A stretch of 51,367 nt of DNA from Gammaproteobacteria bacterium (lineage in GTDB: Bacteria; Pseudomonadota; Gammaproteobacteria; GCA-001735895), in NCBI GenBank assembly GCA_024222685.1, contig JAAEOZ010000102.1:1-51367 (forward strand), read 5' to 3'. The notes beneath the pieces are model-generated. The model was not told the origin of the DNA. It saw only the letters and a program-made list of their open reading frames with translations, and searched no databases. Of the stretch, positions 31,429 through 41,048 are shown piece by piece; within the stretch, counting starts at the first letter, position 1, and the number at the start of each line of letters is the position of its first letter. The position numbers and the translations under genes were made by a program.

Positions 31429-32613
31429 ATGACCAAGCATTTAGTTTCAGCTTATCAGTCTTTGCCAATCAGCTTTGTCAAAGGTGACGGCGTATACCTC
31501 TGGGATCAGAATGGCGAGCAGTACCTCGACGCGCTTTGCGGCATTTCCGTGACCAGCCTGGGACACAATAATCCGGTAGTAACCAGAGCTATTCAGGAGC
31601 AGGCAGCTACACTAATCCATACCTCAAATCTATATTCTATCGAATGGCAACAGAAGCTTGCAGACAAGATTTGCTCGTTGTCATTGATGGATAAAGTCTT
31701 TTTTGGTAATTCGGGAGCAGAAGCCAATGAGGCAGCGATCAAACTTGCCCGTTTATACGGTAATAGGCAGGGTATAAAAGATCCTCAGATTGTTGTGATG
31801 GAGCATAGCTTTCACGGTAGAACGATGGCGACTTTGAGTGCTACAGGTAGTCGAAAAGTTCAGGCCGGGTTTGAACCGCTGGTTTCGGGATTTGTCAGGG
31901 CGCCATTTAACAATTTAGAGTCTATTGAGGCAATCGCTGAAAACAATAATAAAGTTGTTGCTATTCTCGTGGAGCCGGTTCTGGGGGAAGGTGGCATCAT
32001 TGTTCCCGACCCGGGGTATCTGGCTAAGCTAAGAGAAATTTGCGACCATAATAACTGGTTGTTAATGCTCGATGAAATTCAGACCGGTATCGCCCGTAGC
32101 GGTAAAATGTTTGCTTTTCAACACAGCAATATAACACCTGACGTTATGACACTGGCAAAAGCACTCGGAAATGGTATGCCGATTGGTGCATGTGTTACTT
32201 ACGGAAAAGCTGCAGATATTATACAACCCGGAAATCATGGGTCCACTTTTGGTGGTAATCCTCTGGCATGTCGTACCGCGTTATCTGTCCTCGAAACCAT
32301 TGTCGATCAGGATATAACTGGCAATGTTGTTGCTCGAAGCAAGCAGCTTATAGATCTGTTACAGCAGGGACTAAGAGAGAACAGCCAGATTAAACAAATT
32401 CGTCATTTGGGTCTTCTGATCGGAATTGAATTAAATCAAAACTGCCAGACCATTGTAAAGCAGGCTCTTGATCAGCACTTGTTAATTAATGTCACTGCTG
32501 AAAAAGTCATTCGCCTGTTACCACCTCTTATCATTGACGAACAGCAAACTGCAGAGATTGCCGAAAAAGTTATCCACTGCATAACCACATTCCAGCCTGA
32601 CTATATATCATAA
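31429..32613 (+). CDS. argD: Acetylornithine aminotransferase
   Basis: Class-III aminotransferase motifs are present ([36 protein letters not shown]). The ATG at 31429 ([10 protein letters not shown]) is preferred over the track TTG at 31402. Confidence 0.9.
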   Translation: MTKHLVSAYQSLPISFVKGDGVYLWDQNGEQYLDALCGISVTSLGHNNPVVTRAIQEQAATLIHTSNLYSIEWQQKLADKICSLSLMDKVFFGNSGAEANEAAIKLARLYGNRQGIKDPQIVVMEHSFHGRTMATLSATGSRKVQAGFEPLVSGFVRAPFNNLESIEAIAENNNKVVAILVEPVLGEGGIIVPDPGYLAKLREICDHNNWLLMLDEIQTGIARSGKMFAFQHSNITPDVMTLAKALGNGMPIGACVTYGKAADIIQPGNHGSTFGGNPLACRTALSVLETIVDQDITGNVVARSKQLIDLLQQGLRENSQIKQIRHLGLLIGIELNQNCQTIVKQALDQHLLINVTAEKVIRLLPPLIIDEQQTAEIAEKVIHCITTFQPDYIS

Positions 32614-33515
32614 TGACTACTCGACACTTCCTGAGCCTGCTCGATTTTTCCAGCAGTGAATTAACAGAACTCATCGGTCACGCTATCGATGTTAAGCAAA
32701 AACTCAAACGTGGTATTCAACATCGCCCGCTGGAAGGTAAGGCGCTGGCAATGATATTTGAAAAATCTTCAACGCGGACCCGTGTGTCCTTTGAAACAGG
32801 CATGTACCAGCTGGGCGGCCATGCCATGTTTCTTTCACCGCGTGACTGTCAGCTAGGTCGTGGTGAATTAATAGAAGACAGCGCTCGGGTTATCTCCAGT
32901 ATGGTTGATTGCATTATGGCCCGAACCTTCGGCCACGAGCGGCTTGAGTTGCTGGCTGAACATTCATATACGCCGGTAATCAACGGTTTGACAGACTATC
33001 TACATCCCTGTCAGTTACTTGCGGATATGCAGACCTGGTTTGAGCAACGAGGAAATATCGACGGGGCTACTGTTGCCTGGATTGGTGATGGTAATAATAT
33101 GTGTCATTCCTATATCAATGCCGCTATTCGATTCAACTTTAAACTTAACATCGGTTGCCCGGTCGGGCATGAGCCCTGCGATAGTCTTGTACAGTCTGCC
33201 GCTGATCGAGTTCGGGTTTTTCATTCTGCTGCAGAAGCTGCTGAGAACGCCGATCTTATCGTCACAGACGTTTTCGCCAGTATGGGACAGGAACAGGAAC
33301 AGCAGGAACGCCTGAAAACTTTTGACGAATTTCAGGTCTCTGCTGACATCATGGCGAAAGCCGATAAAGATGCTTTGTTCATGCACTGCCTTCCTGCACA
33401 CCGTGGTGAAGAAGTAACTACAGAAGTTCTCGAAGGAAGTCAGAGTGTTGTCTGGCAGGAAGCAGAAAATCGTTTGCATGCCCAGAAAGCGCTACTTGAA
33501 TTTTTAATGCAGTAG
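32613..33515 (+). CDS. argF: Ornithine carbamoyltransferase
   Basis: 300 aa with the carbamoyl-phosphate motif STRTR, HPCQ, and [15 protein letters not shown] start/stop coupling with argD. Confidence 0.93.
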   Translation: MTTRHFLSLLDFSSSELTELIGHAIDVKQKLKRGIQHRPLEGKALAMIFEKSSTRTRVSFETGMYQLGGHAMFLSPRDCQLGRGELIEDSARVISSMVDCIMARTFGHERLELLAEHSYTPVINGLTDYLHPCQLLADMQTWFEQRGNIDGATVAWIGDGNNMCHSYINAAIRFNFKLNIGCPVGHEPCDSLVQSAADRVRVFHSAAEAAENADLIVTDVFASMGQEQEQQERLKTFDEFQVSADIMAKADKDALFMHCLPAHRGEEVTTEVLEGSQSVVWQEAENRLHAQKALLEFLMQ

Positions 33516-33517
33516 CC

Positions 33518-34594
33518 TTATTCGATTACTTCAATTCTATTTCGTCCCTTATTCTTTGCCAATTTGAGCGCATTATCAGTCTTGCCAAGTAATTCTCTGG
33601 ATGATGTCATCGGCGTCGATAGCTGACTGCTTAACCCGGCACTAAAGGTGAGATACTGATTAGTTTTACTCTTACAATGCTCAATCTGTAATTCAGCCAG
33701 TTCTTTTTCTACACGTAGTATTAGTAACCTGGCGTTTTCGCAGCTCATACCGGGCAGAATTAAGGCGAATTCTGCACCATTCAAACGAGCCACGGTCTGG
33801 CTTTGATGTGTTATTTCAGCCAACAATAGATTAGCAATCATACATAAATTTTTATCTCCAAGTTCCTGCCCGTATGCGATATTGTATTCATGATAGTAAT
33901 CTATATTGAGACGAATTACAGATATCGGACTAGTGGTTGTCTGATACTCTCGCCATACTTCTTCGAGGCGAACTCGAAATGCACGGTAATTTGAAACACC
34001 TGTAAGCTCGTCAGTAGTTGATATTTTCTCCAGAGCTTTATTCGAGCGTGAAACGGAATCGAGTAGTTTTTGAAGATCTTCGACAAGCGTTTCATTATCA
34101 AATCGGTAGTAGAGTGCATCGTTAAGTAACACATTCATCCGTTTAACGCTCATCGAACCAACGGTAATCATAAATATATATAAAGCAGTTAAAATGTAAC
34201 CATCTGGTGTTTGTTGCAGGAAAAGCCAGAGCGTTACTGGAACCACCATGGTTAGTAGATAGCTGATATAAACCAGTAGCGACGTAGATAAATAAGCAAT
34301 GGCACCCATACTCAAACCCAAAAGCACCGAGTGCAGTATAATTTCCAGATTGATGGTGACATAAGGCATTAGCCAGGCTGCACCACCCCCTTGCATTAAA
34401 CCCGTAATAACTACACCTAAATAAAAACGGTTACGCCAGATCAAATGAGGGAAATATTTTTTATTTTCTATCTTCTGATATTTGCACAATAAGTAATAGC
34501 GTGCTGACAGCACGGCACAGATTCCACCAAACCAGAGTATGACCCACTGCTGACGACCCTGTATTGACAGTTCTATGTACGCCAGTATCGACAT
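33518..34594 (-). CDS. Integral-membrane GGDEF-domain protein with a degenerate active site (NGAEF)
   Basis: It has about 5-6 TM helices, then TDELTGVSNYRAF, NIDYYHEYNIAYGQELGD and RLNGAEFALILPG. The reading frame stays open 135 nt upstream of the annotated ATG. Confidence 0.8.
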   Translation of the reverse strand: MSILAYIELSIQGRQQWVILWFGGICAVLSARYYLLCKYQKIENKKYFPHLIWRNRFYLGVVITGLMQGGGAAWLMPYVTINLEIILHSVLLGLSMGAIAYLSTSLLVYISYLLTMVVPVTLWLFLQQTPDGYILTALYIFMITVGSMSVKRMNVLLNDALYYRFDNETLVEDLQKLLDSVSRSNKALEKISTTDELTGVSNYRAFRVRLEEVWREYQTTTSPISVIRLNIDYYHEYNIAYGQELGDKNLCMIANLLLAEITHQSQTVARLNGAEFALILPGMSCENARLLILRVEKELAELQIEHCKSKTNQYLTFSAGLSSQLSTPMTSSRELLGKTDNALKLAKNKGRNRIEVIE

Positions 34595-34817
34595 AACAGT
34601 CGAAATAAACAGGGTGATAAGAATACCGACTTTTACACGGCTATAAAGAAAACTGACCAGCTCCTGTTGCTGTAACTGGAAACTGCTGACCGGCTTATCA
34701 CTATCGACAATACTGCTATTAATTTTTATTTACCTATAAATCAGGAGATATCGTACTGAGCGTAAATCATATAATATAATTCGATAACATAGCTGAATTG
34801 AAAATATACATAACATT

Positions 34818-36116
34818 ATGAGCGACAATCAGGCATTCGTACAATGGTTTAGAGGTGCAGCGCCTTATATAAAGGCGCACCGCAAAAAAACCTTTGTCAT
34901 CATGATAGCCGATGAGTTTATCCATTCGGAACAATTTATCGGACTAGTACACGATCTCGCTTTACTAAATCACCTCGGTATCAAGCTGGTCATTCTGCAT
35001 GGTAGCCGAAAAAGTATCGATCAGCACCTGAGTAAAAATAATATCGACTCGGCATTTAACTGCAATATTCGCATCAGTGACAGCAAATCTCTGCCCCATA
35101 TTGTCCAGGCAATAAATGAAGTCAAGACTTATCTTGAGTCGCAATTATCTATGGGCCTTCTGAATACACCAATGTCAGGGTCAGACATCTCCCTGGTTAG
35201 TGGAAATTTTGTTACTGGCATGCCGCTAGGGGTAATCGATGGAATTGATATGCAACACTCCGGCAAAGTGCGCGATATTAAACACGAAGTCATTAACGAA
35301 CTGCTGGATCAAAACCACGTCATTCTACTGTCTAACTTGGGATACTCACGCACTGGCGAAGTATTCAATTTACCTGCTGAAGAGCTGGCGAGCGAAGTTG
35401 CCCAGGCTTTGCAGGCAGACAAGCTGATTTTTATTCAACACAGGAGTGATGATCACAACTGGGCCGATACGCTCTCTACAGAGGAATGTCGGCATCTTAT
35501 CGAAAACGAAAATACAGATTTTGACTACAGAAGTTTATTGCGTCAGGCAGTCCAGGCGATTCAATCAAACGTTAAACGCGTACACATCATTAATCAACAG
35601 GTAGATGGTGGGCTAATCATGGAGCTTTTTACGCGAGATGGTTGTGGAACCATGATTACCAATCTCTTTTATGAAGGCATACGAGATGCCGATATAAACG
35701 ACGTCGGAGGTATTCTTGGTTTAATCCAACCTCTGGAGGATGGTGGAATACTGGTAGAAAGATCAAGAGAACAACTAGAGCTTGAGATTGGATATTTTCA
35801 GGTGATAGAAAAAGATGGCATGATCATCGCCTGTGTCGCCTGTATTCCTGAAGAATCCAGTCAGTATTGCGAGCTGGCTTGCCTCGCAGTACACGAAAGC
35901 TACCGAAATGCAGGTCTTGGTGAACGGCTCTTACAAAAAGTAGAGCACCTATCACGACAAAGGAATATTCGACTACTATTCACTTTAACAACGCGTACTT
36001 CACACTGGTTTCTTGAGCATGGATTCGTCGAAGCCCCGGATTTCCCGTTACCACCACACAAGCAGACAAGCTATAACCAGCAGCGATCATCCAAAGTAAT
36101 GAGTAAACAAATTTGA
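34818..36116 (+). CDS. argA: Amino-acid N-acetyltransferase (N-acetylglutamate synthase)
   Basis: 432 aa with an N-terminal amino-acid-kinase fold (WFRGAAPYIKAHRKKTFVI) and a C-terminal GNAT domain (YRNAGLGERLL). Confidence 0.92.
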   Translation: MSDNQAFVQWFRGAAPYIKAHRKKTFVIMIADEFIHSEQFIGLVHDLALLNHLGIKLVILHGSRKSIDQHLSKNNIDSAFNCNIRISDSKSLPHIVQAINEVKTYLESQLSMGLLNTPMSGSDISLVSGNFVTGMPLGVIDGIDMQHSGKVRDIKHEVINELLDQNHVILLSNLGYSRTGEVFNLPAEELASEVAQALQADKLIFIQHRSDDHNWADTLSTEECRHLIENENTDFDYRSLLRQAVQAIQSNVKRVHIINQQVDGGLIMELFTRDGCGTMITNLFYEGIRDADINDVGGILGLIQPLEDGGILVERSREQLELEIGYFQVIEKDGMIIACVACIPEESSQYCELACLAVHESYRNAGLGERLLQKVEHLSRQRNIRLLFTLTTRTSHWFLEHGFVEAPDFPLPPHKQTSYNQQRSSKVMSKQI

Positions 36117-36117
36117 A

Positions 36118-37044
36118 ATGACTTACGATCTAAGTAACTATCTGGTTATCGGTGTGTCTTCCAGGGCGCTATTCGATCTTAATAAAGAGAACGAGATTTA
36201 CGAAAATGACGGGCTGGAAGCCTATTGCAAATATCAGCTTGATCACGAGAACGATATTCTCCAGCCCGGTACTGGTTTTGCTTTGATCGAGTCGATGCTG
36301 CGCATCAATAGAATTGATAAAGACCAGCGTCGAACAGAAGTTGTCATAGTATCTCGTAATTCAGCCGATACCAGTTTACGCATATCCAACTCGATAAATC
36401 ACTACGAGCTTGATATTACACGAGCTGCTTTTACTGGCGGCGAACCTGTAGCCAAATATCTAAACGCCTTTGACGTCGATTTGTTTTTATCGGCTACAGA
36501 AGAGGATGTACAGGCTGCTGTTGAGTCGAATGTCGCCTCTGGGTTGATTTACGATGGTCCTGCGGATAACAAAATGGATCCACTGCAACAGATTCGAATC
36601 GCTTTCGATGGTGACGCCGTATTATTTTCCGAAGAATCTGAAATGATTTATCAGAACCAGGGACTGGAAGCCTTTCTCGAACACGAAAAGCTGAACGCAG
36701 AAAAACCCCTGCCTGAGGGACCATTCGCCAAACTGTTAAAGACTTTGTCCTTTCTACAATTTGAACTTAACAGCAATTACGACAATGGCACTCCACCTAT
36801 AAGAACGGCACTGGTAACTGCACGTAACAGCCCTGCACATGAACGCGTCATTCGCACATTACGAACCTGGAAGGTAAGAATAGATGAGACATTTTTTCTT
36901 GGTGGTGTCTCCAAAGACCGCGTGCTAGCGTCATTTTCACCACATATATTTTTCGACGACCAGCATCAGCATTGTGACGCAGCATCAAAACTGGTTCCTA
37001 CAGCCAGAGTGCCCTATCGTAAAAATGAAACTGATCAGAGATAA
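36118..37044 (+). CDS. 5'-nucleotidase of the cytosolic cN-IA-like (PF06189-type) family
   Basis: 308 aa with LVIGVSSRALFDL, IAFDGDAVLFSEESE, and C-terminal IFFDDQ. The start is 1 nt after the argA stop. Confidence 0.7.
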   Translation: MTYDLSNYLVIGVSSRALFDLNKENEIYENDGLEAYCKYQLDHENDILQPGTGFALIESMLRINRIDKDQRRTEVVIVSRNSADTSLRISNSINHYELDITRAAFTGGEPVAKYLNAFDVDLFLSATEEDVQAAVESNVASGLIYDGPADNKMDPLQQIRIAFDGDAVLFSEESEMIYQNQGLEAFLEHEKLNAEKPLPEGPFAKLLKTLSFLQFELNSNYDNGTPPIRTALVTARNSPAHERVIRTLRTWKVRIDETFFLGGVSKDRVLASFSPHIFFDDQHQHCDAASKLVPTARVPYRKNETDQR

Positions 37045-37060
37045 TTTAAACTGACAACCG

Positions 37061-37477
37061 TTAGTCGTCTCGGCGTTGCTTTTCCAGACGTTCGTGTTTT
37101 TCCTGGGCTTCTACGGTAAGAGTTGCTATAGGTCTGGCTTCGAGGCGGGACAAGCCAATTTCTTCGCCAGTATCATCGCAGTACCCATAAGTGCCATCGG
37201 CAACACGTGACAATGCTGAATCTATTTTATTCACCAGCTTACGATAACGATCCCGTGTGCGTAGCTCCAGTGCAGCATCAGTTTCCAGTGTTGCGCGATC
37301 ATTAATATCGGGCTCCTGCCAGTTTTCTTCCTTGAGGTGAGAAATAGTATTTTCAGACTCTTTTACTAATTCTGCACGCCACGTCAGCAATTTCTGGCGA
37401 AAATATTCCAGATGCATGGGTGACATATATTCTTCTTTCGGCGAAGGTTGGTAGCCTTCGGGTAACTCGACAGTCAT
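37061..37477 (-). CDS. dksA: RNA polymerase-binding transcription factor DksA (one-cysteine variant)
   Basis: 138 aa with the coiled-coil tip DxxDxA context (PDINDRATLETD) and C-terminal YGYCDDTGEEIGLSRLEARPIATLTVEAQ. Confidence 0.9.
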   Translation of the reverse strand: MTVELPEGYQPSPKEEYMSPMHLEYFRQKLLTWRAELVKESENTISHLKEENWQEPDINDRATLETDAALELRTRDRYRKLVNKIDSALSRVADGTYGYCDDTGEEIGLSRLEARPIATLTVEAQEKHERLEKQRRDD

Positions 37478-37684
37478 TGAGCGAATCTCCTGTAAATGAA
37501 CGCCAAATATCGAAAACGCCGCGCAGTATAGGCAGGTTTGATACGCACGGCAAGCAATCTAGCACCTTATTTCGAAGCTTTGCAGGAATTCGCGACAAAT
37601 ACCGAATTTCCTGCAGCAAATGCTATAATTGTCACGGTTTTATAATCCGATACATTTCTTAAATAATAGATTAAACCTATACCC

Positions 37685-37909
37685 ATGATTTTTCGTCTGA
37701 TTTTGCTAACAGCAGTTGTGTTTGCAGTTTTATGGTTGTTAAAGCGCCTGTTTAGCGAGGGTACAGAAGCTAGCACTGAAGCTAAACTCAAAACTGAAAA
37801 TATGCGCCAGTGTAAATTCTGTGGTACACACGTGCCAGAGTCGTTACTGGTTCTTTCCAACGACCAGCCATATTGCTGTCAGGATCATGCAGACCGAGAC
37901 CAGTCATAA
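37685..37909 (+). CDS. PP0621-family small membrane-anchored zinc-finger-like protein
   Basis: 74 aa with an N-terminal TM helix, then CKFCGTHVP...YCCQDH. It lies directly upstream of and overlaps the pilS start. Confidence 0.7.
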   Translation: MIFRLILLTAVVFAVLWLLKRLFSEGTEASTEAKLKTENMRQCKFCGTHVPESLLVLSNDQPYCCQDHADRDQS

Positions 37910-39515
37910 TTTTCGTAACAATACCGGGTATAAACCACGTTCTACCAACTGGACGTCGATACGCCTGCTTAACGTTTATCGATTTGGACTGGCTGCTATC
38001 TTTTTCAGTCAGTCCTTTGTAAGCCAGTCACCTCTGCTTAAAATTGCCAATCTGGGCCTGTACTCCTGGACCAGCCTGGGGTTTCTTGTATTGTCACTGG
38101 TCTGGGTACTTGCATCGTGGATTGAACGTCGAGGGTTCCATCAGCAGGTACTCCTACAGATATATGGTGATACCATCCTGATCATACTGCTGATGCATGC
38201 CTGTGGCGGCATTACCAGCGGTATCGGCATGTTACTAATTATCTCGATCGCGGTCACCGGCCTGCTGGCCGAGCAATCCCTGTCCATTATATTTGCTTCA
38301 TTAGCCTCATTAGGGCTACTTGCCGAGCATATTTATTCCTCTATTAATATTGCAGGCTATATTGGCACCTCGACACAGGTTGGGATTTTGGGCGCAACAT
38401 TATTTGCGACTGCTATAGTTACGCGCAAACTGACCTTACGAGTACGAAGCAGTGAGCAACTAATACAGCAGCGTGAACGCGATGTAGCTCTGCTTTCGGC
38501 ATTGAATCAGGAAATTATTGAAAATCTACAGGCTGGTGTCATCGTACTTGGCAAGAGCTACCACGTACGGCATATCAATCGTGCGGCTACACAAATGCTG
38601 CATTTCGAAGAAGATAGATCAATATCACTCAGAATTGATGCGCCACAATTACTCGCTGCACTGGAACACTGGCAACAGCAACCCGATAGAGTAACACCAC
38701 TATTACCTTCAGAAACTGGCATCGACAACACACAGGTCAGCTTTCATTTACTGGAGAGTAAAAGTCAGGAAAACATTCTGATTTTCATCAACGATGTTTC
38801 CACCATAAAAAATAGTATGCAGCAGGCAAAACTCGCCTCTCTGGGTCATCTGACGGCAAGCATTGCACACGAAGTCAGAAATCCACTTGGTGCAATTTCC
38901 TATGCAGCACAACTGTTGTCTGAGAATTCCGATCTGGCAGATTCAGAACACCGCATGACAGAAATTATTTTACAGCATACACAACGAATCAATCATATTA
39001 TTGAAGATATACTGAAGATTTCGCGCGGAAACCAGACCGCAATGGAAACAATAAACCTTGAAACCTGGCTTGAGAATTTTACTGCTGAGTTCTGCCTGAG
39101 CAACCAGGCAGAAAAGAATTGCTTTGTACTTGAATTCAGTGCGGATGTTTCACTGATATTATTTGACCCCGTACATCTAAATCAGGTAATGACGAACCTT
39201 TGTTCGAATGCTCTGAACCATGGCAATACAGAAAAACCTGTGCATATCATTATTAACTCGACTCGCATTCCCTTTCGAATAGAAATTGCTGATGAGGGAC
39301 CAGGAATTGCAGATGAGAATATAGACAAAATATTTGAGCCCTTTTTTACGACCAGCCATCAGGGCTCTGGACTTGGGCTTTACATTGTCAGTCAGCTCTG
39401 TGAATTGAACGACTCTACGATTTCGGTAGAAAGAAATTTGTACAATGGAACCAGTTTTATAATTAATCCCCGTATTCCCCGATCTAAGCCCGTTCTTCAG
39501 GAAATCGCATTATGA
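37887..39515 (+). CDS. pilS: Sensor histidine kinase PilS
   Basis: It has an N-terminal block of about six TM helices, a PAS-like linker, the H-box ASIAHEVRNPL, the N-box NLCSNALNHG and the G-box SGLGLYIV. The ATG at 37887 is preferred over the track start at 37821. ATGA overlap with pilR. Confidence 0.85.
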   Translation: MQTETSHNFRNNTGYKPRSTNWTSIRLLNVYRFGLAAIFFSQSFVSQSPLLKIANLGLYSWTSLGFLVLSLVWVLASWIERRGFHQQVLLQIYGDTILIILLMHACGGITSGIGMLLIISIAVTGLLAEQSLSIIFASLASLGLLAEHIYSSINIAGYIGTSTQVGILGATLFATAIVTRKLTLRVRSSEQLIQQRERDVALLSALNQEIIENLQAGVIVLGKSYHVRHINRAATQMLHFEEDRSISLRIDAPQLLAALEHWQQQPDRVTPLLPSETGIDNTQVSFHLLESKSQENILIFINDVSTIKNSMQQAKLASLGHLTASIAHEVRNPLGAISYAAQLLSENSDLADSEHRMTEIILQHTQRINHIIEDILKISRGNQTAMETINLETWLENFTAEFCLSNQAEKNCFVLEFSADVSLILFDPVHLNQVMTNLCSNALNHGNTEKPVHIIINSTRIPFRIEIADEGPGIADENIDKIFEPFFTTSHQGSGLGLYIVSQLCELNDSTISVERNLYNGTSFIINPRIPRSKPVLQEIAL

Positions 39516-40840
39516 GCAAAAAGCGTGTTCTTATCGTCGATGATGAACCCGATATCCGAGAACTGCTCGAAATTACCTTGTTACGTATGGGACTTGAAAC
39601 TCGCTGTGCCGAAGATTACAGCAATGCGACACGTTTACTTAACGGAGAAGATTTTGACCTCTGCCTTACCGACATGAAGCTGCCCGATGGAGATGGGATT
39701 TCCCTGGTTGAATATATTCAGCAACATTACCCAAATACGCCAAGTGCAGTGATTACCGCCCATGGCAGTATTGACCTGGCTATCAAGGCTATGAAAAGCG
39801 GCGCCTTCGATTTTGTGTCGAAACCGGTTACGCTGGAAACGCTCAGAAACCTTGTCGATAAAGCCCTGACTTTGCCAGACGTACAACAACAGATTAGCAC
39901 ATCGACGACATCAAAGTACCAAATCATCGGCGAATCAAACATTGTCGTCGATCTTAAACGAACAATATCTAAATTTGCACGCAGCCAGGCGCCTGTATTC
40001 ATAAAAGGCGATTCTGGTACCGGTAAAGAACTCGTGGCGCGCCAGATTCACCTGCAGGGAGCGAGAGCCGAAGCGCCGTTTATAGCCGTAAATTGTGGTG
40101 CTATTCCGTCAGAATTGATGGAGAGTGAGTTTTTTGGGCATATGAAAGGCAGTTTTACCGGAGCAACTGCAGACAATATCGGTATTTTTATGGCTGCTAA
40201 CGGCGGTACCTTATTCCTCGATGAAATCGCGGACCTGCCTTTGGCTATGCAGGTAAAATTACTCAGGGTTATTCAGGAGAAATCAATTCGGCGGGTTGGC
40301 TCGCAACAGGAAGAGGCCATCGACGTCCGAATTATCAGCGCTTCCCACAAAGATCTTGAATCAATGGTGAATGAAGGCAGTTTCAGACAAGATTTATATT
40401 ATCGAATCAATGTCATTGGCGTCACAGTTCCCCCACTTACTGATCGCAGTGATGACATTCCACTTCTCGCGCGTCACATCATTTCCAAACACAATGATGC
40501 TAACGCTACACAGACAGATATCAGCCGGGAAGCCATTGCCGACCTGGCAAATTATTCTTTTCCGGGAAATGTTCGGGAACTCGAAAATATTCTGGAAAGA
40601 GCGAATGCACTATGTGAAAACGATATGATTACGGCAGATGATCTTCAACTGCCTTCGATCACGCCAACATCCACAACAAATACTGATCTAAGCTCGATAA
40701 CCCGAACTATTGAAATGGAGCAGATAAAATCAGCCCTCGAAAACCACCGCTGGAATCAATCCGCGACTGCAAGATCACTAGGCATTACACTTCGACAGCT
40801 ACGTTACAAAGTCGAAAAACTGAAACTTAACAAAAACTGA
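39512..40840 (+). CDS. pilR: Sigma-54-dependent response regulator PilR
   Basis: REC domain (LIVDDEPDIRE, CLTDMKLPDGDG), AAA+ domain (GDSGTGKE, GAFTGA-like GSFTGA, ESEFFGH) and a C-terminal Fis-type HTH. Confidence 0.92.
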   Translation: MSKKRVLIVDDEPDIRELLEITLLRMGLETRCAEDYSNATRLLNGEDFDLCLTDMKLPDGDGISLVEYIQQHYPNTPSAVITAHGSIDLAIKAMKSGAFDFVSKPVTLETLRNLVDKALTLPDVQQQISTSTTSKYQIIGESNIVVDLKRTISKFARSQAPVFIKGDSGTGKELVARQIHLQGARAEAPFIAVNCGAIPSELMESEFFGHMKGSFTGATADNIGIFMAANGGTLFLDEIADLPLAMQVKLLRVIQEKSIRRVGSQQEEAIDVRIISASHKDLESMVNEGSFRQDLYYRINVIGVTVPPLTDRSDDIPLLARHIISKHNDANATQTDISREAIADLANYSFPGNVRELENILERANALCENDMITADDLQLPSITPTSTTNTDLSSITRTIEMEQIKSALENHRWNQSATARSLGITLRQLRYKVEKLKLNKN

Positions 40841-40873
40841 CAATCAATTGTCAATATTTGACATTTTTGTCAA
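40838..40873. promoter_or_regulatory. Cluster of TGTC/GACA half-sites in overlapping palindromes; candidate PilR upstream activating sites
   Basis: TGACAATCAATTGTCA at 40838-40853, the perfect palindrome TGTCAATATTTGACA at 40849-40863, and another TGTCAA at 40868-40873. They lie about 90-135 bp upstream of the -24 element. P. aeruginosa PilR sites contain TGTC repeats. Confidence 0.5.
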
Positions 40874-40958
40874 ATTAGTTTGGCCTGGTTCTACCTAAAG
40901 AAACAGGAAAACTTGTTAGGCATTTGATTTATAACAATAAAATTGTTTTTGCAAAAAC

Positions 40959-40974
40959 TGGCATCTGCATTGCA
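40959..40974 (+). promoter_or_regulatory. Sigma-54 (-24/-12) promoter of pilA
   Basis: TGGCATCTGCATTGCA has GG-N10-GC spacing and lies 75 nt upstream of the pilA ATG and downstream of pilR. Confidence 0.78.
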
Positions 40975-41048
40975 TCCAATTTAGGCATGAACCGACACGG
41001 GTCGAATTCTACCGAATCTAAATGAATCAACAACTGAGGAAACTCTAA

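Noticed and set aside
37353-37860. Minus-strand ORFs 37353..37619 and 37567..37860, and plus-strand ORF 37420..37662, in the dksA-pilS intergenic region.
   Set aside because: They overlap dksA, the PP0621-like ORF or each other. They have biased composition and no family resemblance. The region is better explained as divergent promoter DNA.
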